Shown here piece by piece: positions 51,417 through 64,000 of a stretch of DNA of 64,000 bases (positions within the stretch are counted from its first letter, which is position 1; every line of letters begins with the position of its first letter). A model generated the notes under the pieces. That model was not told the DNA's origin. It searched no databases and saw only the letters and a list, made by a program, of their open reading frames with translations. The DNA lies in assembly GCA_951406725.2 (NCBI GenBank), contig OX597838.1, positions 41,416,001 to 41,480,000 on the forward strand, in the 5' to 3' direction. The stretch comes from Octopus vulgaris. Its lineage: Eukaryota. Both the position numbers and the translations under genes were made by a program.

Positions 51417-52997
51417 TTTATAGTACACAAGAAATAGGTGCAAGTATGCACTCGTATACAAACTACACACACACACACAATTCCCATGTGATATGAAAGA
51501 AACTAAACAAACACAAGTGACTATTTAAAAAATAGAAATTACAATTGCTGTGATAGTGAATAGCTTGAGAAGGGCGTGGAGCTAGAAAATAATTGTTGGA
51601 AAAGGAATGTAAGTAGAAATGTTTGTGCAAGAACCCCCATCTTGATAAGACCATATCAGTATCCCAGAAAAACTCAAAAAATATTTGTCCTTTTACAAAG
51701 TTACTACCATGAAGTAACTTTGGGTCTGTTTATATGTATGGAAGGAGGGGGGAGAGTGAAGATAGAAGAATTCGAGAGCCTGGAAGAAATCTGTTCACTC
51801 TTTTTCAAGGCAAGAACACACTTCACACACACACACACAACACTACATGAAAAAAAAAATAAAATAGAACTTTTATATAGTTTCTATGAAGCATTATCTA
51901 TAGCCCCATCCACCCCCCTCACACCCCTGTGAACATCTCTGAACAAATAACCTGGAACCCAGCAGACTAAACGGAAACTGCCTTCCTCTGTCACTCTGTC
52001 GACATGCAATTGTTCCGACGCAGGTTATTTGTGATTAGGTTCTTTCTTTTTTTTTTATTCCTTCCTTTTTGCCTACAAAAAGCATTCACAATTCTCAATC
52101 AGTGAAAATCCAATTAACAACACTCCCTCCTCTCCCCAATCCCAAATTTCTACTAAGATTCAATTCATACATATTAACTCATGTGTAGAAGCACTTTGTA
52201 CAGAAAAGATTCACAACTTTAAGAAGCATTTTTCTATTTTCTTGTTTGAATTCTTTTTCTGATCAGTGATTTGTATTTATGTTCTTTAGTACTTACTAGA
52301 ACAGTACTCATCAAAAATGACAGCTTATTTCTGCTGCCTGTCACCAAGTCTTAACCCTTTTGTTATCAAATTTCTATTGAATTGCACTGATTTTATTTCG
52401 ATTAATTTTGAAAATAAGGAAAATTTGGTAATTGGAACATAAAATTTTGAAGGAAGATTTTAAACTTTAGATAACTTCAAATAAGAAGTTTATAGCACAG
52501 ACCCAAGAGGAGTCTTAGGCAGGTTTGTCCCAAAAGGGGGAGTATTTTTGCTTCAAGCCCTTAATCCATTTTCTTTTCACACACACACCCGTCTTTTACC
52601 TTTCTCAAAGCCTCCCCCCCGCCTCTTCATTCCCAACAACTCCCCATCCCATCCAATAACAATTTCACAAGTCATACCAGTCTCTCTCTCTCTCTCTCTC
52701 TTCTTTCTATCTATCTATCTATCCACACCTCTGTTATTCCATCACATTACATCTAACTCTCCCACCATCTCCCTCTCTTACACTATATCTTTCTTCCATC
52801 TTCCCTCTGCATTTCACTGCTTACCTGGCTGTTTTTCTCCATCAATCTCTTACCCAACTACCTACCCCTCTACCTACCATTATACTTTTCCTTCCACCCT
52901 TTTAATGCAGTCCCTGCTTTCTCCTTCCAGCAGATGGCAACACCAACACATGGTTATAACTGTTAAGAATAGTTACGTAAGAAAAAGAACAGACCTG

Positions 52998-53400
52998 GGA
53001 TCTTTTCGGTTTGAACGGCAGTTTTTAACAATTTCTAGGTAACTAAAACAATTTTAAACTTCGTATACTGGTAGAATGTGTTTATAAAACATCTTTTTCT
53101 CTTGGCTTTATTGAGAAAATTCTATAATTTGTAAGATATTTGTTGTTTTTTTCTTCAATTTCAACCAATCAATGACGTCTATTGAGTTAAAAAGCATTCT
53201 GTGCCGTATGAAAATGTCCCTCGTTTAAGAAACAGATTGGGTTTATTTACATTTGTGAAGAAAAAAATATACCCTTCCCCCACCCCTAACTAACCCTAAA
53301 AGAGATTGAAATGCAACAGATCGATTCTAGGGTCATAATTATGGGTGACAATTTTATATGACACCGCTAGAAAAAACTGCCGTTCAAACCGAAATGATCC
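52998..53400. mobile_element. ~400-bp non-autonomous DNA transposon with 30-bp TIRs
   Basis: GGATCTTTTCGGTTTGAACGGCAGTTTTTT / AAAAAACTGCCGTTCAAACCGAAATGATCC (29/30). Flanks CAGACCTG and TAGACCTG suggest a 7-8 bp TSD. Confidence 0.9.
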
Positions 53401-56400
53401 TAGACCTGAGATGAATCGTGATTTTTATTTTCTCTTTTTAAGCAGTTCCCCGTCTTTAGCTTTAAAGTCTTCAGCTTGTAATAAACACCAATCATTACTA
53501 TAATGTAACAAGTAAACGTAGGTAGACAATTGCTGTTGGTCACCTGCTGCACAAGAGAGCTAACAGAAGACAGTTTTATCAAGTTCTGCTCTCAATTGGT
53601 GTTGTATTGATTATTTTTCCAAAAGATTCATTGCTGATTCCGTGTACTTTAGCCACGAGATCGCATCTTACTTAATGGCAAATCATAGTAAAACCAACTT
53701 CCAGGCAACACTACCAGTGTTAAGGCTGGACAACGAACTGTTAAATGCCGCCTATAAGCTAATGAAGAAGTTTCTACTGAGTCACTTGATGCTAGAAATA
53801 GCAACAGTCTTAGATATTGATGGATATAAAGATAAAGCGTCCTTAACAAGATGAGACAGTCACGGTTAGGATGTCAGTCAAACTATGGAAAATTGCTGAA
53901 AACAGTCAAAGAAATTTAAATATCTAGGCTAGTGCTGACATATATATCACTTCCTTTTAGAGGACATTTAATTAGTAATTTGCGTAAAAATTGCTCCACG
54001 GCAACAAACGTTCTGTGTGCCTTCGGGTCGTGTGACCTAGCTTTCCAACAAGCACTGATTATATAAGAAGCACCTGAATGAAAGGAGTAGAGGGGTTTGT
54101 AGAAGCGACTAAAATCTCTAAAGACGATGCCCCAGCATGGCCGCAGTTCAGTAATCAACATTTTGGCACAAGGCCAGCAATTTTAAGCAAGGTAGTGTGG
54201 TAAGTCGATTATATCGACCTCGGTATTTGACTGCTATTTTATCGATCCCGAAAGGATGAAAGGCAAAGTTGAACTCGGTGGAATTTTAACACAGATCATC
54301 AAGAGCATTTTGTCCGACGCGCTAACGATTCTGCCAGTTCGCCTTCAGAAAAACACAGCTGTACATATTCTAAGAAAATCTAACCAAAGGGAATATTCCA
54401 AGAAAAAGACATTGAAAAAAAAAAATCAAGACCCTCTTACTTCCACAACACCATAGGCAAAATTACGAATTTATCTCGTATCTAAAACGTACCTAAAATC
54501 ATTGCCATATGTTACATTTCCATCACTAAAGTTCATTTTCTTTCATAAATGCCAAGCTTCAAGAAGTCCGTAGCAAAACAACTAATGGAACAAGCACTTT
54601 CTTTAGTTCATCACAGACGTTATTGCTTTAAATACGCTGGGGGGGGGGGGCAACAAACACGCACTTAGCGTTACATAACTAAAATCTCCCCCAACTATTT
54701 CTCCCCATAACTTTCTTTGAATTGCAGACTTTTTAGTGAAAATTTCCGGAAATATGTTCGAGAATATAGAGTACGATTATCTTCATGAAACTGAAAGAAA
54801 AATTGTCTGGGAAAATTTCATTGAAAAAAAATGTATTTTTAAGGAGATTAGGGGAAAAGAAAATCAGAGAAGGGGTACACATCTACAGCTACGCCCTGTA
54901 TGTTATCCCAGGCATTGACCACATCCATTAAAGGGTTTACCATATTAAATTAAGCAGATATATAACTGGTACTTTACTGGTCAGATGGAGATAGTCAAAT
55001 ATTTAATCCAAAACTTATCTGTCACTAGAAAAAAAAAAACCATTACAGCAGCTACTCCCTTACAAATTTGTTCCAAAGTGGGATGTAACAGAGTAGATTA
55101 GCAAAAGCAAATAAGCATTCCTCAAATGACGGGTTCAAACCTTGCCATGGTTGACTTTCTGTATTGTTCAATAAAGACATTTTAACAGAGATAAATATGA
55201 TCTATAGGACTTTTAAACAGATACAGAACTAGAATTAGGGGAGACGGTCGCACGGAATATATTGATTAAATAATGACCACAAGTAGGTGTTTGAGAGCAA
55301 CTTCTAGGAAGACAGACGCAAACGAGTGAAAATGTAAGTTGCGGGGGCGAGAATAGCTGACAGCTTGTGAAATTAGGGGGCTTAGGATCGAATTTGATGT
55401 AAGTACTAAAAGAGGAACAGGTTGAAAGTTATGAAATTAAATATTGTTATTTAAATAACAAAAGGGTTGAAAGAAAGGAAGAGAAACTCAATAAGATTGG
55501 TCGAGGATTGGGGGCGGGGTACAGATTAATGTAAATAACAACTTCGAGGGGAAATTTGAAGAATATTGGAGTGCAGGGAGACAGAGAAAGAAAAACACTG
55601 GTTTCAAAATTAAAACATGTGTGTGTGTGTGTGTGTGTGTTTGGACATATTGCATAAAATATATGAATACAAACTCCTGTTTTACGATGGTCTTCTTTTT
55701 CATTCCATTTATATAATATACACAAACAGTGACCAATACAGATTATATACACAGCCAATACACATCTACACCCACTCAGTAACATTGAGCAGAGAGGTTC
55801 ATTCATTCGAAACACTATTCAATGTCAGTATTCGGTTTCTCGTGTCTATCACATTCATACCCACCCACACAAACAAACAAAGTGAATAAGAATATAACAG
55901 ATGTTAAGCACCAAACACATTCAAGGCAGGAAGCGGTGTTTAAACACACACACACACACACACACAGACTACGAAATATTTGTACGGCGAAGCAGGTATT
56001 AGTCATTGAGGATTGTAGTAAGTCGTTGAGTTCTTCTTTACTTGTAAGTACTCACACACACACACACACACACACACAGTGTAAATAAGGTCGGAAAGAA
56101 TAGTTCGATCCGGCATCAACCAATAACGGTGGACATTTTCTCCCTCTGCGACCAATTTGTATGTTTTACAGAACTAATTAGTCTAACCACAAATATCTGG
56201 GTCGAAATTGTCGCATTCTTTCGATAGAAATATATTTGTCAATTGTTCTTAAGAGAGGACGAACCGTGTTGAAGCCGGCGGAATTTTGGAATAACAATCA
56301 CTGCCTCATAAAGAAGAAAAAAAGACAAATAGAGTGGATTTTATTTTCCCTTTCAAAGTGGGGTTTTTTTTCGGGGGTGGGGCAGTTATTCCTGGGTTTT

Positions 56401-57360
56401 TCTACAAGAATTACGAGTGAAGGAATTTTTTTTTCCAAATATTTCATACCTTTTTGTCAAAATTTTTGCCAGTCAATTCTGAACCCTTTTCTTCGTGAGT
56501 TGCTTATAAGTTGTGTCAAAACATCGCCGAGAACCCTTCCCAAACCATTATCAAGTCCCTATTGGGGTACAATAGCAGGTGACTGACTAGGAACACAGCA
56601 CAATAATGATGGAACGAGTTATACAACACATCCGTCATCGTGTCCGACACAAAGCGTAGACGAGATAGATAAATTATAGCCATGTCTGTGTGTTTGCGTT
56701 TCGTCAAACTGATTTCGTTTTTTACATAAACTCTGAATCTCTCCCAACATCTGACATGTTGAATGCAATTGACAAAACCTAATTTAAATGTCCAACACAA
56801 CTTGGCAATAAAACATCTCGAAAACAAATTTTTAAAAAATATATTTTACCTAGGAATCAATTCATTTGACCTTTCTAGTTTCAATAGTTTGAGATATCAA
56901 AATTACGAGGCAATCAAGTCCAGTGCCAAACCAATATGAAATTGTGGGCTGTTTGAAAGAAGGGTGTGTGTCAGATGAGAGAATTTGAGACGTTGGAGGC
57001 GTCTGAAATGTCCATCGTTAGTTTTATTTGTAGCAGCCGTATAAGGGACTGGGTGGCTGTGGTCTTTAGTGTCGGAACTAATACACACAAACATAAGGTG
57101 AAGGTAGTTGATCAGCGATGGATTCAATGGGTCAGTATAAAAGCAAGCAATATGTTGCGATCGGTTGAGCGTCGAACAAAATGCTTTGGAGTAGTTGTGG
57201 CCCTTTAAATTTCGTGTGATCAAATTTCATCGAAGTTATTCTTTTGGGATCAATAAAATAAAGTAACAGTCAAGTACTGGAGTCGATATTGATGCTGCAC
57301 TGTGCGCCTCTAAACGAGGGACGTGCGTGGGTTAGAAAAAACCAAATGCTAGAAAGAGTG

Positions 57361-57401
<41 letters not shown>

Positions 57402-57571
57402 CATTTCAAACATATTTCTATCCATTCACTCATTCAGAGAACATTAAGAAAGTTATGAGGAAACGAAATATCGGAAGGAGGTGCACCCAACTAATTGACA
57501 AATATAGAAAAGCGAGAGGAAAAAAGTAATGCTACCATCAGCAGCAGTGCGCAATGTATGTATATTTATGC

Positions 57572-57618
<47 letters not shown>

Positions 57619-58768
57619 AACACACAATATTAAATTCCAAGTCCCTCGAACATTACCTATCACTTAGCAATACTCGATATCGGTCTATAGACCTAAATAT
57701 CGACATATCTTCGACATACAACTGATCACAAGTATAGATAAAAACAGACAGGTAAATGTGACAGGCGTAGACACAAGATCACACACCGACACGCAAGCGC
57801 ACCTTAACCAAATATCTAAAACGTGATGAATACAGGAACAACCAATTTAATACCGACACAGACAGGACAAAAATAAACTCCTATAAATAATATATAAGCA
57901 AGATGGCCAAGTGAGACCAAGCACTCTAGGTCTTATAAGATTCCCATTTGAACGAAAGTGATTTTAACAAAACGATATCCTTTAGACTGCTTTTTTTTAT
58001 CGCTGAAAATGTGACTCAAATTCAAAGAATTAGTCTTCGGTGACGTAATATTTAAAGAAAATACGTACGTAAGTAATCAAACAAATTGTGTGTAGACGCA
58101 AATCAGAACATAATGACAAAAACCTATTACAGCTTATAGGATGTGGAGACATCCAAAAGGGCAAGCTAGTAATAGACATATAATTAATACATTAAACAAC
58201 GTAGACGTAGAGTGACAAACCTAGAGGCACACACACACAACACAATTACAATATTTTGCACACACTATATATATATCTCGAACCCAAGAGGCAGTCTCCG
58301 TCAAAGTCCATCTTGTCCTAGAAACGGGACGGCCACATTGAATAATTTAGCCCTGAATAAATTATGTCCAGAAAAAAAAATCTGGGTGATCACGAGTGGA
58401 AAGTCTTTGATTGTATCTGTTCAAACCAAATATGACCCCGGGGCTAAGCAATAAGCAAGCAGCCTCCACGTAGATGCCTCAACATAGATACACGGACTAC
58501 TAGAAATGGCAGTCAAATTTCCTCAAATCACACCATACTGTCTTCAAATAAAAGGACATAATGAACCAATGTAGTCCGAGATACATGGAAAGACGAAGTG
58601 GTCACATTTGGAAGGCCTTTCATCATGCCTGCTGCAATACGGCTGCCTTGAGCTAAGCAGTATCACACACCCATACATGTCAAATACAATACATACTTTG
58701 ACATATTACACAATAAGTAGGATAAATGTAAAATAGACACACATCACACACACGTATATATATATATA

Positions 58769-58832
<64 letters not shown>

Positions 58833-58901
58833 TATATATATACACACACACAACATAAAAAATATAACTGACAATAGTAAGTTTAAGGAGTTTCGGGAAA
58901 C

Positions 58902-59104
58902 GCTGTCCTTCGAAGTCCCATACTTTGGCGGAAAGGGAACCGGATAAGTTTCCCCACCCGATTGCTTCATTTTCTAATATTCTTGGGTTCGATTCTAATA
59001 TAAATTGAGAAACTCGACAATGCTTCTGCACACACCTTCCACGCCCCGTTTACTTTCGTAATCTCTTCCTTTTCTGCACGAGGAATGGGACTTCGCAGGA
59101 TGGC
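58902..59104. mobile_element. Candidate ~200-bp MITE
   Basis: GCTGTCCTTCGAAGTCCCAT ... ATGGGACTTCGCAGGATGGC (17/20 inverted match). Confidence 0.55.
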
Positions 59105-59367
59105 TATCCCAAAACTACTAAAAATACACCCTACATAACAGAGACGACGATAATAGCAAATCAGATATACATGTGTGTGTGTATACATACATATACACCA
59201 TCAATGACGAACAGAGAATACATACATTCATAATAGCAAGGCAGTATATACACACACATTTATATATTGTATTATATATATATATATATATATTAGTGAG
59301 AGGAAGGCGAGCAAGATGAAATTTTGAAGTCACTGCCGACTTTTTTTTTTTTTCTTGTAAATATTTT

Positions 59368-59512
59368 GGCAGTCCTTCGGTATTGGTAGACGACGTCAGT
59401 CACCCACACAACCTTTCCTTATGACATAGATAAAGAGGCGAGGCTGAAAAACAGGGGGAATGACATCGCCTCCTCACACAGACACTCAGTAGACCAGTAC
59501 CGAAGGAATGTC
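59368..59512. mobile_element. Second copy of the 25882-26030 MITE
   Basis: GGCAGTCCTTCGGTATTGGT ... ACCAGTACCGAAGGAATGTC; shared interior CCACACAACCTT..ATGACA.AGATAA..GCTGAAAAA. Confidence 0.75.
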
Positions 59513-59539
59513 ATTGTTTCATATATATATATATATAAC

Positions 59540-59823
59540 TAAAATATGAATTAGAGATAAAACCACTATTTTGCAACTCAAACTTATTATATTATATATT
59601 TATCATTCATTTTATCCTTTTTGAGATCTAGTTATTTTTTTTTTTTAAATTATATATATATTATTTGTTATTTATGTATTGGTTTGTGTCTGTCATTGTT
59701 TGAGTTGCATAATAGTGGTTTTATCTCTAATTCATATTTTATATATTTGTACTGTGAAATTTGATTTAATACTAAATTGGAAATTTTCCCTGTAAGTTTG
59801 GAGTTATACTCCCTAATATTACT

Positions 59824-59828
<5 letters not shown>
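59540..59828. repeat. AT-rich element with a 44-bp inverted duplication, inside (TA)n
   Basis: Arms 59540-59583 and 59698-59741 differ at one base; the right arm continues ~85 bp to the next (TA)n. Confidence 0.75.
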
Positions 59829-59917
<89 letters not shown>

Positions 59918-60206
59918 AGCCATAACATCAAGACAGAATACGTACACACATTAAACATATACGTATACACACCATCCACAGCAGAAACACAATATGTACA
60001 TCTGAAATATATACACACCAAACATCACAGACAGACGACATTATGCTACATAATACATAGAGATCGTAACATACATCGACATAAGATATCACATTTATAT
60101 CTCGCATATATATATACACACACTATATAACAGGTACTAATCGCAAGCCATGTATTACGTAGTAATGTAAAATATTACACACGAAATATAACATACATAT
60201 ATATAC

Positions 60207-60240
<34 letters not shown>

Positions 60241-60630
60241 CATATACACTGTCACAGACACTAATTGTCTGAAGCCAGTGGTGTAAAATGTAAGACATAC
60301 ATATAAGATATAACAGACAAATAAGATATATAGGCATAAAATGATATATATATAATAGACATACACACGTAACGCATATATAACAGGCATAACATATATA
60401 CATGTATGTATATGGTGTATATGTGTGTATACACGCACCAACTGAGAAGGCGAGCAGCCATATTGGAAAGTTAATTGATGTGGAATGAGAGAGGAAAGGT
60501 TTTTTGGAGGCGAAATATGGCAAGGACGGTGGACGGAATGGAATATTCTGTAGCAGAGATGTTAGTACGATGGTCAGTGATGTGGCTTATGTTGTCATTG
60601 TTGAAATGGAAGGGATTCTTTTGGACTTAC

Positions 60631-61100
60631 CTTTGGCTATTATTTAGAACTTGTAGTCCCACCAGAGTAATAATAATCGTTAAAGGAGAGAGAGTGCGCA
60701 GAGGAGGAGGAGAGAAAGAGAGAAACAGACAAACAGGGACAGGGTGAAAGAGGAGGCGAATAGAGAGATATAGGCGTGAAAACAGAGTGACGCGGAGACG
60801 GAAAGAGAAAGGCTAAGCTTTCCGTTAGAGGCAACAAAATTCCCTCCCCCTGTTCTTCTAATCATATTAAGCTACTGTTCAATGTTCAACTCCTCCCACT
60901 GCTACTCCTACTGTTGCTGCTGCTGACTGTTGCTGCTGTTCCCACTCACTGTTGCAGCTGCTGACTGTTGCTGCTGTCGCTTCCCTGCTTCTTTCATTCG
61001 CCATCATTCGCCTGTTCATCATCTCCATCTTTTATTCATTCGCAGTTCCTCTTCTCTCATTCTTTCCTTCTGCATTTCTTTTATCCTTTTCCTGATTTCA
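60631..61100 (-). other. Candidate distal non-coding first exon of the minus-strand gene (5' boundary uncertain)
   Basis: Consensus donor AAG|GTAAGT at 60631; unique CpG-containing sequence with CAG-rich and pyrimidine-rich tracts and a GGGACTACAAGTTC motif. Confidence 0.4.
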
Positions 61101-61257
61101 GTCATTCGACTGCGTATTTACACACAATACTTACCACAAACATACAAACAGACAGACACACACACATAAAGGGATGTCTCTATACACACGTTTACAAATA
61201 TGGGTGGATGTTTTAGATATGAATATTGTATTTGGGTGGGTGTCAGTGTATGTGTAT

Positions 61258-61268
61258 TATGTATATAC

Positions 61269-61318
<50 letters not shown>

Positions 61319-61391
61319 ATACATATATATATATATATATACATACATAATATATATATATATATACATACATAATATATATATATATATA

Positions 61392-61427
<36 letters not shown>

Positions 61428-61515
61428 CATACATACATATATAGATGTGTATATATGTATGTGTATATGTATGTATATATATATATATACATATATATAA
61501 AATACATATATATAC
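61258..61515. repeat. (TA)n/(CATA)n microsatellite
   Basis: Directly visible. Confidence 0.95.
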
Positions 61516-61516
61516 A

Positions 61517-61776
61517 TTTAACATTGTCCCGAAAGAGATCAAAGAGGAAAAGGATCCCATCAACTTTAAACAGAGTCTGGATAGATTCCTTCAAGGAATA
61601 CCAGATAAGCCACCCATAATTGGATACAACTCACCCAACAAAAACTCTCTACTTGAATGGACCATAAACAAAACTTGACTTAAACAGGATTTAGATGATC
61701 CTATCAGGTGGTGCTATTAAGTTAGACATGGCCTGGACCAATCTTTGGTCGAAACAAATCTAAGTGCTGATCTAAG
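61517..61776 (+). mobile_element. CR1/L2-group LINE 3' end
   Basis: [38 protein letters not shown] matches the C-terminus of CR1-like ORF2; short 3' UTR ending in repeated ATCTAAGT. Confidence 0.8.
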
Positions 61777-61795
61777 TTTATATATATATATATAT

Positions 61796-62605
61796 CGTCG
61801 TTTAACGTCCGTTCTCCATGCTAGCATGGGTTGGACGGTTCGACCGGGGTTCTGGGAAGCCAGAAGGCTGCACCAGGCTCCAGTCTAATCTGGCAATGTT
61901 TCTACAGCTGGATGCCCTTCCTAACGCCAACCCATATATATATATATATACATGTGCGGGTGGCACGTAAAAAGCACCCACTACACTCACGGAGTGGTTG
62001 GCATTAGGAAGGGCATCCAGCCGTAGAAACACTGCCAGATCAGACTGGGCCTGGTGCAGCCTTCTGGCTTCTCAGACCCCTGTTGAACCGTCCAACCCAT
62101 GCTAGCATGGAAAGCGGACGCTAAACGACGATGATGATGATGATAGATATACATGAGTAGAAATAAGGTACTCAGAAATCTGGATGGTTGTACATTTACA
62201 GATTTTTATTAATATGTCACATGTTTTTATAACTCATATATTAGCGCTTGTATCCACTCTATACACACATGCATTGCATGCCATCATTGTACCTGCGATC
62301 GTTACATCATCATCATCATCATCGTCGTCATTTAACGTCCGTTCTCCATGCTAGCATGGGTTGGACGCTTCGACCGGGGATCTGGGAAGCCAGAAGGCTG
62401 CCCCAGGCTCCAGTCTTATCTGGCAATGTTTCTACAGCTGGATGCCCTTCCTAACGCCAACCACTCCGTGAGTGTAGTGGGTGCTTTTTACGTGCCACCT
62501 GCACTGGAGCCAGGCGAGGCTGGCATCGGCCACGGTCGGATTGGTGCATTTTACGTGCCACCTGCACGGAAGCCAGTCGCGGCAGCACTGGCTTCGGCCA
62601 CGATT

Positions 62606-62608
<3 letters not shown>
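61796..62608. mobile_element. Three RTE-tail repeats (family B) in -, +, - orientation
   Basis: 61796-61933(-), 61953-62143(+), 62305-62608(-), all highly similar to 43911-44150. Confidence 0.9.
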
Positions 62609-62647
<39 letters not shown>

Positions 62648-63320
62648 TTATACACACATACATCAAAGTATGCAGTATTATGACTCAATTCCAGTTGATC
62701 TTACCATTCAGTTTCACAACAGATATTAGGCAAGAGGATGGTTATCTAATAGATGCACTCTTTTGGGATGCTAGTTTTTTCTATACATGCCATCTCTGAA
62801 GAGCATGTGTAGTAGACACTTTCCCGTTATCTAATATCCAGTGCAAAACCAATTGTCATAATCAGGTGTAATGGATCTATATCACATTAAACTTTGATTC
62901 ATATCTTCACCTTACTGACGAATATGAGTGCCTTTTTGTTGCCATTTTTTTTTCTATACATGTCTCATGAGCACAGTTATTAAATAATTATCCAATAACC
63001 TAATATCTGGTGCAAAAGTAATTGATAAGATTGGCTTACCAGGATCTATAATCACAAGAGCTTTGATTAATATGTTCAAATATATATATATATAGAGAGA
63101 GAGGGGGGGAGAGAGACGCTGGGACTCACAGAGGGGATAACAGGGACCAAAACTCCTGGTGGTTTGCATTGCTTGGAAAGACATGCCAAGTTAAGTAAAA
63201 TTGAGGTTGCCCTTGCATACAGACATGTTCCCTGCATCCCTCTTCAGCTGAGTATCCCTAATCTTGCAGGCTCATAGGGGCTGTTCTGTGTAAAAGCACC
63301 CAGCAGACACCCAGTGGGAT

Positions 63321-63688
63321 GGAAGCACTCCGTCGGTTACGATGACGAGGGTTCCGGTTGATCCGATCAACGGAACAGCCTGCTCGTGAAATTAACGTGT
63401 AAGTGGCTGAGCAGTCCACAGACACGTGTACCCTTAACGTAGTTCTCGGGGATATTCAGCGTGACACAGAGAGTGACAAGGCCAGCCCTTTGAAATACAG
63501 GTACAACAGAAACAGGAAGTAAGAGTGAGAGAAAGTTGTGGTGAAAGAGTACAGCAGGGATCACCACCATCCCCTGCCGGAGCCTCGTGGAGCTTTTAGG
63601 TGTTTTCGCTCAATAAACACTCACAACGCCCGGTCTGGGAATCGAAACCGCGAGTCCGCTGCCCTAACTACTGGGCCATTGCGCCTCC
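63321..63688 (-). mobile_element. tRNA-derived SINE (family C)
   Basis: Head GGAGGCGCAATGGCCCAGTAGTTAGGGCAGCGGACTCGCGGTTTCGATTCCC shared with the 15414-15707 copy, but with a different 3' half. Confidence 0.88.
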
Positions 63689-63789
63689 ACAGACACCCAG
63701 TAAAGTGGTTGGTGTTAGGAAGGGCATCCAGCCACGGAAACCATGCCAAAACAGACAATAGGAACTTGAACAGCCCTTCAGCTGGTCAG

Positions 63790-64000
63790 CTCTTGTGGTA
63801 AGAAGCATGTCTCCCAACCACATGGTTCTGAGTTCAGTCCCACTGCATTGCACCTTAGGCAAATGTCTTCTATTATAGCCTTGAGCCAACTGATGCCTTG
63901 TGAGTGAATTTGGTAGGCAGAAAATGAAAGAAGCCTATTGTGTGTGTGTGTGTGTGTCCCACCACCACTTGACAACCGATGTTGGTGTGTTTAAATCCCA
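63790..64000 (+). mobile_element. SINE family A copy running off the window end
   Basis: TGTGGTAAGAAGC..GTTCAGTCCCACTG..GCCTTGTGAGTGAATTTGG. Confidence 0.85.

Overview
AT-rich, repeat-dense eukaryotic DNA. The tRNA-derived SINE families, RTE-type tails and long (TA/CATA)n microsatellites point to an octopus/coleoid cephalopod genome (inference). There is no intact protein-coding gene: the long ORFs in the track are microsatellite artefacts or decayed retroelement pieces. Recognisable content: (1) a decayed Penelope-like element (RT + GIY-YIG, with a relic hammerhead ribozyme at its 3' end); (2) RTE, CR1-like and Gypsy-integrase relics; (3) many SINEs; (4) piggyBac-, Tigger- and other TIR-type MITEs, one interrupted by a Helitron; (5) several short non-coding elements carrying hammerhead-core motifs, one fused to a tRNA-like Pol III head. 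Splice signals suggest the window is the 5' intronic part of a minus-strand gene, with candidate first exons near 60.6-61.1 kb and 21.3-21.4 kb (CRE/ETS/GC-box promoter) and internal exons at 18280-18411 and 11511-11640. One splice join gives a 36-aa uORF/microprotein. Repeat boundaries were read by eye and are approximate; no search or folding program was run.
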